Origin: Aduncisulcus paluster
Lineage: Eukaryota
NCBI GenBank assembly: GCA_024181965.1
Contig: BQXS01011679.1
Coordinates: forward strand, 1 to 35,553
DNA length: 35,553 nucleotides
Direction: 5' to 3'
The translations under genes and the position numbers were made by a program. The notes under the pieces are model-generated. The model did not search any database, was not told where the DNA came from, and saw only the letters and a list, made by a program, of their open reading frames with translations. Below are positions 19,855 to 31,800 of this stretch, piece after piece (position 1 is the stretch's first letter; each line of letters begins with the position of its first letter).

Positions 19855-21202
19855 ATGGGTACTGGAGACTTGGATAAATATATAGCTAAATTAGAACGTT
19901 GCGAATTAATAGATGACGGCGAAGTCAAGAATTTATGCATAAAAGCACGTGAGATCCTATCAAAGGAAGCCAATATTGTTATGGTTGATGGGGCGGTTAC
20001 AGTATGTTATATGAATAGATAAATTGATTTCTTTGTTTTACTTTTTTTTTGAAACTTGTTCTAACCACTTGTTCATTTTCAATCGTTTAATCCCTAATAT
20101 AAGGTCTGTGGTGATATTCATGGTCAATTTTTTGATTTAAAAGAATTATTTAGGGTTGGAGGTCATTGCCCACACACGAATTATGTATTTNNNNNNNNNN
20201 NNNNNNNNNNAATTAATAGATGACGGCGAAGTCAAGAATTTATGCATAAAAGCACGTGAGATCCTATCAAAGGAAGCCAATATTGTTATGGTTGATGGGG
20301 CGGTTACAGTATGTTATATGAATAGATAAATTGATTTCTTTGTTTTACTTTTTTTTTGAAACTTGTTCTAACCACTTGTTCATTTTCAATCGTTTAATCC
20401 CTAATATAAGGTCTGTGGTGATATTCATGGTCAATTTTTTGATTTAAAAGAATTATTTAGGGTTGGAGGTCATTGCCCACACACGAATTATGTATTTTTA
20501 GGAGACTATGTGGATCGTGGTTCTTATAGTGTTGAAACGTTCCTTTGGCTTCTTGCCCTCAAGGTAAGATACCCTAGCAGGATGACTCTTATCCGTGGAA
20601 ATCACGAATCCAGACAAACTACTCAAGTTTATGGATTTTATGACGAGAGTGTTCGTAAATATGGAACTGTCAAGGTTTGGAGATATTGTACCCAGGTATT
20701 TGACTACTTGACACTTTCTGCTCTTGTTTCAAATTCTGTTTTCTGTGTCCATGGTGGTTTGTCTCCTTCAATCTCAGCTCTCGATGAAATCCGTGAAATC
20801 AACCGTGTAATTGACGCTCCCCATGATGGAGCTATGTCAGACCTTCTGTGGAGTGACCCAGATGATGTTGATGGGTATGCTGCTTCCACAAGAGGTGCCG
20901 GATACTTGTTTGGTGAGAGGATCGTAAAGAAGTTCTGTGATACAAACGACCTAAGCTTGATTGCCCGTGCTCATCAGCTAGTTATGGAAGGTTATAAGTT
21001 TATGTTTGATAAGAAATTGGTGACCGTGTGGAGTTGTGGAAATTATTGTTACAGGTGTGGAAATAGTGCCGCCATCATGGAATTATTCTGTACTGGTAGT
21101 GGTAGCGTTCTCAACAAATATTTCAAAGTTTTTCAAGCAGCTCCTGCCTCAGATAGAAACCCTCCTTCCAGAAAAGTTACTCCCGATTATTATCTTGTTT
21201 AA
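19855..21202 (+). CDS. PPP4C: PP2A-family Ser/Thr phosphatase catalytic subunit, PP4-type (~312 aa after removing one intron and the gap overlap)
   Basis: [87 protein letters not shown]. Exon 1 is 19855..20001; exon 2 resumes at 20104 (= 20411 in the second copy). Confidence 0.88.
19904..20497. repeat. Assembly overlap: 19904-20190 duplicated as 20211-20497 across a 20-N gap
   Basis: Exact 287-bp duplication including the intron. Confidence 0.9.
20002..20103 (+). other. Spliceosomal intron, 102 nt, phase 0 (repeated at 20309-20410 by the assembly overlap)
   Basis: GTATGT donor, CTAAC at 20061, AAG acceptor; removal restores the conserved VT|VCGDIHG. Confidence 0.92.
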
Positions 21203-21442
21203 AATGTTTTTGCCTTCATTTGTGCTCCTATATTATTTATATATTCATTTTGGTATGATACATATTGGTCATGATTTCGACCATTTATTCTATCTTGAGA
21301 AATATGCTCAAAATATCCATCTATTGGAATGAATGAGGAATTAAAACCATAATAAAATACAACGCATTCCTTTTTTTTGCTTAGATCATTGACAGTGAAG
21401 AAATCAAATTCCGCCGAATATTTTTCTTCCTTTCGGAACAAA

Positions 21443-24400
21443 ATGGACTCAAAAATCAATGTCGTTTGTAGATTTCGGTATGTTATTATCCATTAAATTC
21501 TTTTTTTATTGTTTTTATGCATATTTCTTACACAATTCCTGAATGATTATTTCAGTCCATATACAAAGGCAGATTACATCGATGGAATATTTAATGAAGA
21601 AGAAGAAGTTATAGAATATATTGATGATCAAACTATAGAAGTAACAATTCCAAAAAAGCCCAAGAAGCGCTTTGCCTTCAATCAAATTCTAAAACCATCA
21701 TGTACACAGGAAGATGTATATGCAGTGGCCGCAAAACCTATTGTACAAGCTGTAATGGAAGGCTTTAATGGAACAGTGTTTGCTTATGGCCAGACTTCAA
21801 GTGGGAAAACCCATACTATGATGCGATCTGATGTCGACACTTCTGAAGATGGAAAAGGGATTATTCCACGTGCTATTTATGATCTTTTTGCTCAAATGGA
21901 AGCCATTGAATCAAAAGGAGAAACTGAATATCTTGTTAAAGTGTCATATCTCGAAATATACAATGAAGAATTGAAAGACCTTCTTAAAGAATCTACGGGG
22001 CCAACCAAGGCATTTGGATCGAGAGCATCCCATTCTTCCCCAGAGGATGATATTGTTATTCGTGTTGGAGCTGATAAACGGATCACTATAACCGGCATAG
22101 TTGAACAGGTTGTCTTCTCCCCTCAAGAGGTTTTAAAATGCGTTGAAAATGGTGAAAAAAGACGTCATGTAGGTATTACAAATATGAATGAACACTCTTC
22201 TCGTTCGCATACAATTCTTCGAGTCATTGTGGAAGCAAGACGGAAGAGGACTGGGCGTATGTCTGCAAAGGATATTGTTGCCAAGATGCACAAAACCAAT
22301 GCAGCCAAACGTGGAAGACGTGAAAGGGTGAGCATGGAAGGACGTGGACGGATTAATGTGAGCGTGATGCATTTGGTCGATCTTGCTGGTAGCGAGCGGC
22401 AGAGTCTGACAAAAGCTGAAGGAGACCGTCTAAAAGAAGGGTCCCATATCAATAAGAGTCTTATGATCCTTGGAAATGTTATCAAAAAACTTGCTGAGCA
22501 ATCCAAGAAAAAGAACAAGAAAACAACTGCTTCTCAACCTCCCGCCAAAGAGAAACCCTCTACACCACATCTGAAGACAAAAACCCCTAAGGGAGGCTCA
22601 AGAAGATCCTCTTCACGTCTCCCCCCTCCTCCGATGGTCTCTTCTCGTAAGAAAGCCCTGTACATTCCTTATCGAGACAGTAAGCTTACACGGATCCTTC
22701 AGGACTCTCTCGGTGGGACTGCTAAGACTTGCATTGTGTGTTGTGCGACCCCTGCTCCAATTCACATTGAAGAGACTGTGAGCACGCTTTCCTTTGCAAT
22801 GAGAGCTCAAGATATCAGTAATATTCAACATAAGTTAATTGTTATGGATGATAAGACAAAGATTAAGCTTCTTGAAGAGAAAATCCAAGAGATGGAACGT
22901 AAATTGATCCTCAAAGCTGAGGAAAGTCAGACCGAAACTAGCGTTGAACAGAGTGAAGAGAATAGTCGTCGGGAAGCAGAAAAGGTCAAATTGGCCAATG
23001 AAAGGGAGAAAATCGAGGAACAACGCCGTTTACTTGAAGAAGAGAGGGAAATAACAAAGAAAAAAATGGAAGAAGAGCAGAAGGCTTGGCATGAATTACT
23101 AGAACGAAGGAAAGCGGAGGAACATCTTCACGAAGAAAGGAAGAGAAGAAGAAGAAGCCTTGCGTAGACTGCAAGAGGAAGAAAAAGTCAGAAGAAAGAA
23201 ATGGGCAGAGGAAATGGAGAAAAAAACAGAAGAGGAAAGGAAGAGGTGGAAAGAAGAGCTTGAGAAAGAAGAACAAAGAATTCTCGAAGAAAAGAAGAAA
23301 GTTCTTGAGGAAAAACGAAGGATTGAGATTGAGGAAGAGAAGAGGAGAATTGAGGAAGAAGATCGCCAGCATCAATTAGAAATTATGAAACGACAGGAAC
23401 TTGAGCTTCAAAAACTTCGAGAACATACTCTTAAGCTACAAAACAAGACAACTAATGTTCTCCGTACTCCAGGTACTCTTTCTTCCATCCGTGGAATCAG
23501 CGTGTCACCTTCCATGTCTACCTTCTTGCCCTCACCGCCGTCTCACTTGTCAATGTGTCTGTCTCCTTCAGTGAGTCATGTGGTGGAAGAAAGTTCTTGA
23601 GGAAAAACGAAGGATTGAGATTGAGGAAGAGAAGAGGAGAATTGAGGAAGAAGATCGCCAGCATCAATTAGAAATTATGAAACGACAGGAACTTGAGCTT
23701 CAAAAACTTCGAGAACATACTCTTAAGCTACAAAACAAGACAACTAATGTTCTCCGTACTCCAGGTACTCTTTCTTCCATCCGTGGAATCAGCGTGTCAC
23801 CTTCCATGTCTACCTTCTTGCCCTCACCGCCGTCTCACTTGTCAATGTGTCTGTCTCCTTCAGTGAGTCATGTGGTGGAAGAGATTCTTGAAGATGAACT
23901 CGAGAAGCGTGGGTGTACAAGTGCCATCCCAATGTCGGCCGCTGCCGAGAAATCGTTTTTAGCCGAAGATGATGATCTCACAGGGATTATTATGGGATCG
24001 CTTACACCAACTATTTCTGGTATTACAGGTAGCACTCGATTAGGCACTCCTTCATACAAGCAGTCTGTTTCATCAAATCCTGTTCCATTTGGGGATCGAC
24101 TCGAAGGACTGGAAGGAGAGAACGATGCTCACGTCTTGTCATATCTTCCCAAGACTCCCAAACCCTCTAAATCATCTCGTCTTGCAGGTGGTGATGTTCA
24201 ATCCATGAAGGAAGAAGAGGAAGGAAGTACTGATGACGATAGTGGCACTGATTCCTCTGATGATCCTAACCAGACCTCATCCAACATGTCCTCGTCCAAT
24301 GAAGACACTCAGATACATATTATTGGATCGATGCACACACCAATGCCTGGGAAGTTATCAACAGTTGCACACACTGCCTCATTGCTTGACGAAGACGTCA

Positions 24401-27400
24401 TCCTTGTGTCTCCAAGCCACCGTTCAATCAGCACCGATGCTCTTGAGGAAGGCATTGAAGTGATTGGAAAGAGACGGTCAAGTAGGAGCAGGAGTATTGA
24501 GAGATCTCAGTCAAGACAGCGTAAACGGAAGAGTGGTATCATTGAATATGAGCCCCAACAGGTCCCTTCTTCTCCATCCAGACGTTTATCCCCTCATCTT
24601 CGCAGAGAATCCCCTTCGTCTCTGCCTAACATTAATATTTCATCCCCTCCCCAATCCAATAAGCTTCCAATGAGCTCTATTAACAAGGGAAGTTATGAAG
24701 GAGAAGAAAAGGTTCATGTTATTGGTCGTCATAGTCCGGGTGGAAGTGCTATGATTTTCCGTCCAGATGGATCAAGAAAGAACTCCCTTTTATCATCATC
24801 TGCATCTCCAATTACAGTGATAAAGGCCAATGCTAAGGGTGTGAAGAGTGTTATAATACCTAAGAGGAAGAAACTGGATCAAGCAAGTCCATTTGTTCAC
24901 CCTTCTACTGTATCTGTGACTCGTGGCATTAGTACCTTGACTTCTCAAAGAAATCTCAAGGAACAAGCACAAACATCACCAGGCATCGAGACCAGTAAGC
25001 AAACAAATTCTAGACATTCCTCTGGAGATTTGGGTATTCCTGGTAATTTCTCTACAATGATTGATGAAGAATTAGAGTGGGATGATGATGAGGAATCTCA
25101 GAATGGGGTCAAAGGTGAAACCGAGGGGAAAGAGCAGCATTTTACTGTGGCTGTGGAATCTGATGATGATTATGCCTCTGCTCCTTCTCCTCCCCACTGC
25201 TCTGATACTCAATCTAGTAATGCTTCATCCAAGGCCAGTGATGAAGAAGAGTCTGAGGGTTCAGCTTCATCCAAAGGTCGTGATCATGAATCTGCAGTAG
25301 CCGTTCGAGACGATTCATCTATTATGGTAGGCAATGGTGCCTCTGAATCTGGATCATTTTCATCTCCTTCAACCTCTTCAATGGTCAATTCCAATGTGAA
25401 GGAAGAGGAAGAGAAGGAGGAAGAGGAAGAGAAGGAGGAAGAAGAGAATCACGTTGATCCATCAATCTCCGAACCTTCTGACATTCACCAGGAACAGAAT
25501 GGTGAAGGTATTATACCCGATCAGGATAGCACTGAAGTGGAGGAACACTTGGAAGGGCCAACTATCACAATAGCAGAGGAAGAGATCGAAGAGATCGAGT
25601 CATCAACACAAGATAGAGACCTCGATACCGAAGAAGACCATGATTCAGATGTTGAAATGATCTCTGACCCTCATCAACATCTTGATATTCCAGTCCTAGA
25701 GCAAGAAGGAGTCATACCAAGGAGCAACGCATCCAGTAGCAGAGATCTCAGTGAAGACCATGATGAATCTCTGACTTCAAAGTCTCTCTCAGCCATGTCT
25801 AAAGCTATATTTGAGGCCAATAATGAGATATCAAGGCTCAAGGATGAGATACGGAATCTTAATGCAGACAATGATGTTCTCAATGATGAACTTGACAACA
25901 AAGAGAAAGAGTTGAAGTTTGTTGATGAGAAATATCTTTCAGAGATTGAGAGATTGAAGAAAATTATTCAAGATTCCGACGATGAATTGGAATCTATGGA
26001 AACTGAAATGGGAGTTCTTGTTTCATCAATAGAATCATTGAAGAAGGAAAACCATGATCTTCGTATTGTACAGAATGGTACCATTGTACAACAAGAAGAT
26101 GATGCTCTTAGAACAATCGTGGCAAAAGAAACAGAAGACATGGCCAGTCAATTAGCATCTGAGAGAGAAAGACTTTCAAGGGAGCTCAACGAGCATCTTA
26201 AACAACTCCATGAAGAGTTCGCAAGGAAAACAAAGGAAGAGGAACGATCAATACTAGATAAATGTAGTAGTATAGTATCCTCAACTGAAGCAAGGGAAGA
26301 AGACGAAGAGAGAGAGGAGAGAGGAGAGAAATCTGAAGAAATAGAAGAAGAGAAGAGTGGTTCTGAGTCTATGCATAACCTTGAAAATGGTGAAATGAGT
26401 TCAGATAGAGTAGATATTGATGCATTAAGATATAGAATGCAAGCGGAAAGTACAAAGGAGATTGAAGCTATTAAGGATCAGTGGGAAGATAAGTTAAAAT
26501 TGATTGAGGAAGACAATGATCGTGTGAAAACACAACTTGAGTCTCAAATAGTGGATCTTAAGGAACAACTTAATGATGTCACTACAAAATTGATAGAATC
26601 AGAGCGTTCTGGAGTGAGTAAGTTGGACTCACTCAAAGAACAGCTTAATTCAGCTTATCGTGAAAAAGGTGAGTTTATGGAACAGATCTCAGTGCTTAAA
26701 CAGGAAAATATCGCTGTTATTAGGGCTAAAGAACTTCTTTCAGAGGAACTCGATTCAGTAATTCAAGAAAGAGAGGCTATTACCAAGGAAAGGAATGAAA
26801 TTGCCTGTCAGAGTGATAATTTCGAACAAGAATGTGATAAGCTTCAAGAGAAATATGATATCCTTGAACAGCAACTCAAAGATGCCATTCAGGATGTAGA
26901 AACTCACAAACAGTTGCTGAAAGAGCAAGCGAGTCTAATCATATCACCTGAAGAACTCGACTTTGAGAAGAAAGAGAAGGAGAAATATGCAAAAGAATGC
27001 AAATCGATCCAACGTCTTCTCTCCTCTCAAAGAGAAAAGATGGAAGATCTTCAGCACCAAGTTTCTCAATTATCTATAAATAGTGACACTGAAATGAGAC
27101 TGAGTGAACTCCAAGAGCGGTATGATTCTCTCTCCAGTGAGTATTCCACACTTCGTATGACTAATTCTTCACTCACAACTGAGGTGACGTCTTTGTCTGA
27201 ATCTCTCCACCTTCAGCAGATAACTCAACATGAACTCGAGAAGAAATGCACAGAACTCGAGGGGAAGTTAGGAGAAAGCGACTCTTTGGCAAGTGAAGCC
27301 CTAAATCGTGCTGAAATGGTTGTTAAGATGGAACAAGATCTCGAACTGGAAAGAGGAAAGCTAAAAATAGCACAGGATGAAGTTGAGAAGAAAGATAAAG

Positions 27401-27615
27401 AAATCATTGAGTGGAAAGTGGAGCTTGAGAAATTCAAAAAGAAGAGCAGCGAGGTGTTTTCAAAATTGCTTGAAGATGTGAAGAAAAAAAATGGAGAGTA
27501 TGAGAAGACTATTCGCTCTCTGAAGGGAACTATTTCGATAGACAAATCGACTATTGCCAGGCTTAACGGGAAAATGAGAGAATTAAAAGATTCGTTATTA
27601 AAAGGTGCTTCTTGA
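21443..27615 (+). CDS. Kinesin-7 / CENP-E-like N-terminal motor with long disordered and coiled-coil tail (~1933 aa reconstructed); interrupted in this assembly by a +1 indel near 23147 and a 292-bp duplication
   Basis: MDSKINVVCRFR|P start; FAYGQTSSGKT P-loop; RHVGITNMNEHSSRSH; LVDLAGSER; RLKEGSHINKSL; YRDSKLTRILQDSLGG. ORFs 21509.., 23160.. and 23578.. overlap in successive +1 frames with continuous E/K/R-rich coiled-coil composition. Confidence 0.85.
21478..21555 (+). other. Spliceosomal intron, 78 nt, phase 2
   Basis: GTATGT donor and TTCAG acceptor; removal restores the kinesin VVCRFRP motif. Confidence 0.92.
23294..23882 (+). repeat. Exact 292-bp tandem duplication without an N gap, GAAGA microhomology at the junction
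   Basis: 23294-23590 is identical to 23586-23882; it shifts the kinesin frame by +1. Confidence 0.9.
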
Positions 27616-27978
27616 GCGTTTTTTATTCGATAGAACGATGAACTCGAGAAGCGTGGGTGTACAAGTNNNNNNNNNNNNNNNNNNNNACTGGAAAGAGGAA
27701 AGCTAAAAATAGCACAGGATGAAGTTGAGAAGAAAGATAAAGAAATCATTGAGTGGAAAGTGGAGCTTGAGAAATTCAAAAAGAAGAGCAGCGAGGTGTT
27801 TTCAAAATTGCTTGAAGATGTGAAGAAAAAAAATGGAGAGTATGAGAAGACTATTCGCTCTCTGAAGGGAACTATTTCGATAGACAAATCGACTATTGCC
27901 AGGCTTAACGGGAAAATGAGAGAATTAAAAGATTCGTTATTAAAAGGTGCTTCTTGAGCGTTTTTTATTCGATAGAAC
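27345..27978. repeat. Assembly overlap: 27345-27636 duplicated as 27687-27978 across a 20-N gap
   Basis: Exact 292-bp duplication of the kinesin 3' end; ORF 27760..27957 is its product. Confidence 0.9.
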
Positions 27979-28218
27979 AATATTTATTTAATTTAGCACT
28001 TTAAAATGTGTAACATAAACCCCTACATGCATTGAATTGAAGATATTAATTAATTTTTTAATTTTATTTCTTTGATTTTTGTATTTTTTTTTTAGTAAAG
28101 ATCTTGAACTGTCTGAAAATTCCAAAAGAATCCATTCATCGTTTATTTTATAAAATATCAAAAATATACATGGATAATATATCGTTGATGTTATGTAAAT
28201 CAAAATAATAGTGGTAAA

Positions 28219-28618
28219 TTACACTTGTAAATCGCTAACCCTCCAATCTTCATATGAGCCGTCAGGAAGATGTCTACGCACAATCATAGGGATTTTACCA
28301 GTCTGTAATTCTTTTGTTGCAATTTCTAAGGGGTCTGTCATTTTAGCGGGGATTGGAACAAGAGCTTTAGCTCCAAGGGATAATTGTAGGGCTCTAGTCC
28401 CAATAATACGGGCTCTTTCATATTTAGTCAAATAAGGAGTGGTTTTTCTTTTCTCTTTGGCAGTTATTGAGGCATCTCCTTCAGAAATAATCGTACTATT
28501 CATTGATAAATGATTGAAAGAAAAATGATTATGATTGAGGTTGTGAATGAAGTTTTTAATAAAATAATATAATTAATATATTCATGATTATAATAATTAC
28601 ATACGTTTTTTCCGACAT
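28219..28618 (-). CDS. RPB6: RNA polymerase I/II/III common subunit RPB6 (RPABC2), ~96 aa. Model: join(28618..28605, 28495..28219)
   Basis: [24 protein letters not shown]...[10 protein letters not shown]...[19 protein letters not shown] short exon ATG TCG GAA AAA AC splices in frame; the unspliced ATG at 28503 is an alternative start. Confidence 0.95.
28496..28604 (-). other. Spliceosomal intron, 109 nt, phase 2
   Basis: GTATGT donor, very AT-rich body, AATAG acceptor, in-frame join giving MSEKT|TIISEG. Confidence 0.72.
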
Positions 28619-28821
28619 TATTTCCAATATCCGACAAAAACAGAATCCCTTTTCTTGTGGATGGAGTAGAAGACATCACAAAAATTAATAGGTGATGCTT
28701 TGATTTTATCACTACAAGCATCATTAGTTTACCCATGAATCAATTTGATTTTAATAAATAGAGCTTAAAAAAACTCGCGCCCTAAATTTCGTCCTTTTGA
28801 TGTATTTATTAGTTGCTGTCA

Positions 28822-31800
28822 ATGGCTAAGAACACAATTCAAGCAGAAATTCTCAAATATTTTACAGATAATAGCATTCCAGCATCTAAAGAAGAATATT
28901 TCAATTTTAGAGAAAGACTATATCGCTTATTCTCCATTGTCGGGAGTGAAAAGGTTTTAAATGAAGAAATATTAATACCATCATTATATTCATCAATATT
29001 TTATGAAGATTTTATAACTACTCGTGCTATATTTGATCAGATAGATGAACTTCCTGTAACATCTTTTCCTCATGATCCTTCGAAAGTTAGCATTGGTAAT
29101 CAGTTGTTTTTGGAGTTAACAAGAATATGTGCTATCTTAGAAGTTCAAGAATTACAATTACCGAAGAAGAATCAACCTTTATCTTACTTGACACATTTTA
29201 TGCCACCATCTAAAAGGAATGTTCTTCTATCACATGCAAAATCTTATGCAACTAACGCTTGCAAGCTTTCAACTCAGGTCTCTGAGATTATAATTAAGCA
29301 TTTTTTGACATTTAAGAAAATTGAAGGTATTGATGCAGAATCTGAGGAGGAAAAAGAGGAAGCAGAAATTGATCCTCTTGATTCTCTCGGTGAAGATAGT
29401 TCTGAGTATATGCATCACATTGAGCGCATTGTTTGTGCGTTGAATGCTGCTCTCAAAGCTTGTACTCGCTGTTCAGTTCCTATCTGTCCACCTCCCTCGA
29501 GCGTCGCAATTGAACCAATGTTTCGTCACGTTATTGCTCTGAGGGAGATGTTATCAACACTTCTTACAACATTACTCCAATGTTGTCAGACTATTGTCTC
29601 TACGCATGGTCATTCAATCGGAGTCGTTTCAAGACTCATGGAGCAGGCAGTCCAATTAGATGAACAAATGAAAGAAGCGAAGGAGAAAGAAAAGGAAGAA
29701 GCCAGGGCTCGCCGCGAGGCCGAAGAGTCTCCAAATGAGGATGAGGTCGAGGCAAAGGGAAATAAGAAAGATTCTAAGGCCAAAAAGGGTGGAAAACCTC
29801 CTAAAAAATCTGTTGGAAAGAAAGATATAAAAGGTTCCGACATTGTAGTTCCTTCCTTGTCCTCTGCTGCTCTTTATGATATAATATCTCTCATACACTC
29901 AAGAATTCGTTTTTGTTCATCTCTTTCTGACATGTTAAAGCCCTCTGTCGATGCCATTGTCCATNNNNNNNNNNNNNNNNNNNNTAGATGAACAAATGAA
30001 AGAAGCGAAGGAGAAAGAAAAGGAAGAAGCCAGGGCTCGCCGCGAGGCCGAAGAGTCTCCAAATGAGGATGAGGTCGAGGCAAAGGGAAATAAGAAAGAT
30101 TCTAAGGCCAAAAAGGGTGGAAAACCTCCTAAAAAATCTGTTGGAAAGAAAGATATAAAAGGTTCCGACATTGTAGTTCCTTCCTTGTCCTCTGCTGCTC
30201 TTTATGATATAATATCTCTCATACACTCAAGAATTCGTTTTTGTTCATCTCTTTCTGACATGTTAAAGCCCTCTGTCGATGCCATTGTCCATGCTAAAGC
30301 TGTTTTATTCTCTGTTATCGGTGCCTCCGGGGATTCCGCTGTTAATTCTGATGACCTGTTCTCTCATGAGGTCTGCACTGTGCAAACTATGGTATCTGAA
30401 GGCCGTGAATGGTGCAGAATCGTTAAGGATCATATGGTTAGATGGGAAGAAGATGAGGAAGACCGCAAACGACAACGTAACAAGTTACTTAAACAAAGGA
30501 AACTCGAGCGTCAAAAAGAACTCCAAGAAGAGGAAGAAGAAGAAGAACGCACTGCTTATGTAATGTTTGATGAGAAGCGAAGGAAGAAAGAGAAAGAAGA
30601 GGAGAATGAGAGGAGAAAGACTGTCCTTGTTGAATTGTCCATATCTATTGCAAAAGACCTTTCATCTTTAGTTTTTTCAACTCAAGCTTCCAGCGATAGC
30701 AAGTCATCAAAGGGCAAAGAATCTAAAGGCAAAGGTGTATCTAAATCTACCTCAAAGGAGTCTGATGAATCCAAGGATGTCTCTGAATCGTCCTCTCTCT
30801 TGTCTGCTCTCACGTGTCCATGCTTCTTTGATATCTCACCTTTGACATCTATGTTATTCCGATTCAATTCTAATTCTAATAATATATCAGTGTTCAATAT
30901 ATTGCCATCCAGTCAAATGATCTCTTCAGCGTCTTCATTATTCTCCATATGCTCCACTCTGATTCCATATTTAGCAACTTGTTCTGCATTCCGATCATGT
31001 CAAACAGGTCTCATTCATTGTCATTCTGGATCTGGTGATATGTGTCAATTATCGATCTCCGATAGACAAAAGGAAACCGAGAAATTTGTAGAAAGTGTTG
31101 AAAAAGAGACCAAACGTATTGTAAACGAGTCCATTGCTGATGGCATTCGTTGGTTTGAAGAAGAGATACGTAAAGTTCATGATCCTCTTGCTTCCTCCTC
31201 CTCTGCGTCAACATCTTCATCGAGGGCCCAGACTCCCAAGAAAGGAGGAAAGAAGAAAGGGAGCGGATCACCTACATCGGGTGGAGTTGCATCCAAGAGC
31301 GAGTCCAAAATGAGTATGGATCAGATTCAACAGTACTTTGTGGCCCTCTCACTTGGATGCTCTGTTTCTGCTGGAATGTGGGATAATCTACCAATTTCTA
31401 TCAGTTGCTCTCTTGTATCAAAGGGGATATCGATGATTACAACATACTCAAAGGATTCATGTGGCTGTGATGGATTATTCTNNNNNNNNNNNNNNNNNNN
31501 NATACGTAAAGTTCATGATCCTCTTGCTTCCTCCTCCTCTGCGTCAACATCTTCATCGAGGGCCCAGACTCCCAAGAAAGGAGGAAAGAAGAAAGGGAGC
31601 GGATCACCTACATCGGGTGGAGTTGCATCCAAGAGCGAGTCCAAAATGAGTATGGATCAGATTCAACAGTACTTTGTGGCCCTCTCACTTGGATGCTCTG
31701 TTTCTGCTGGAATGTGGGATAATCTACCAATTTCTATCAGTTGCTCTCTTGTATCAAAGGGGATATCGATGATTACAACATACTCAAAGGATTCATGTGG

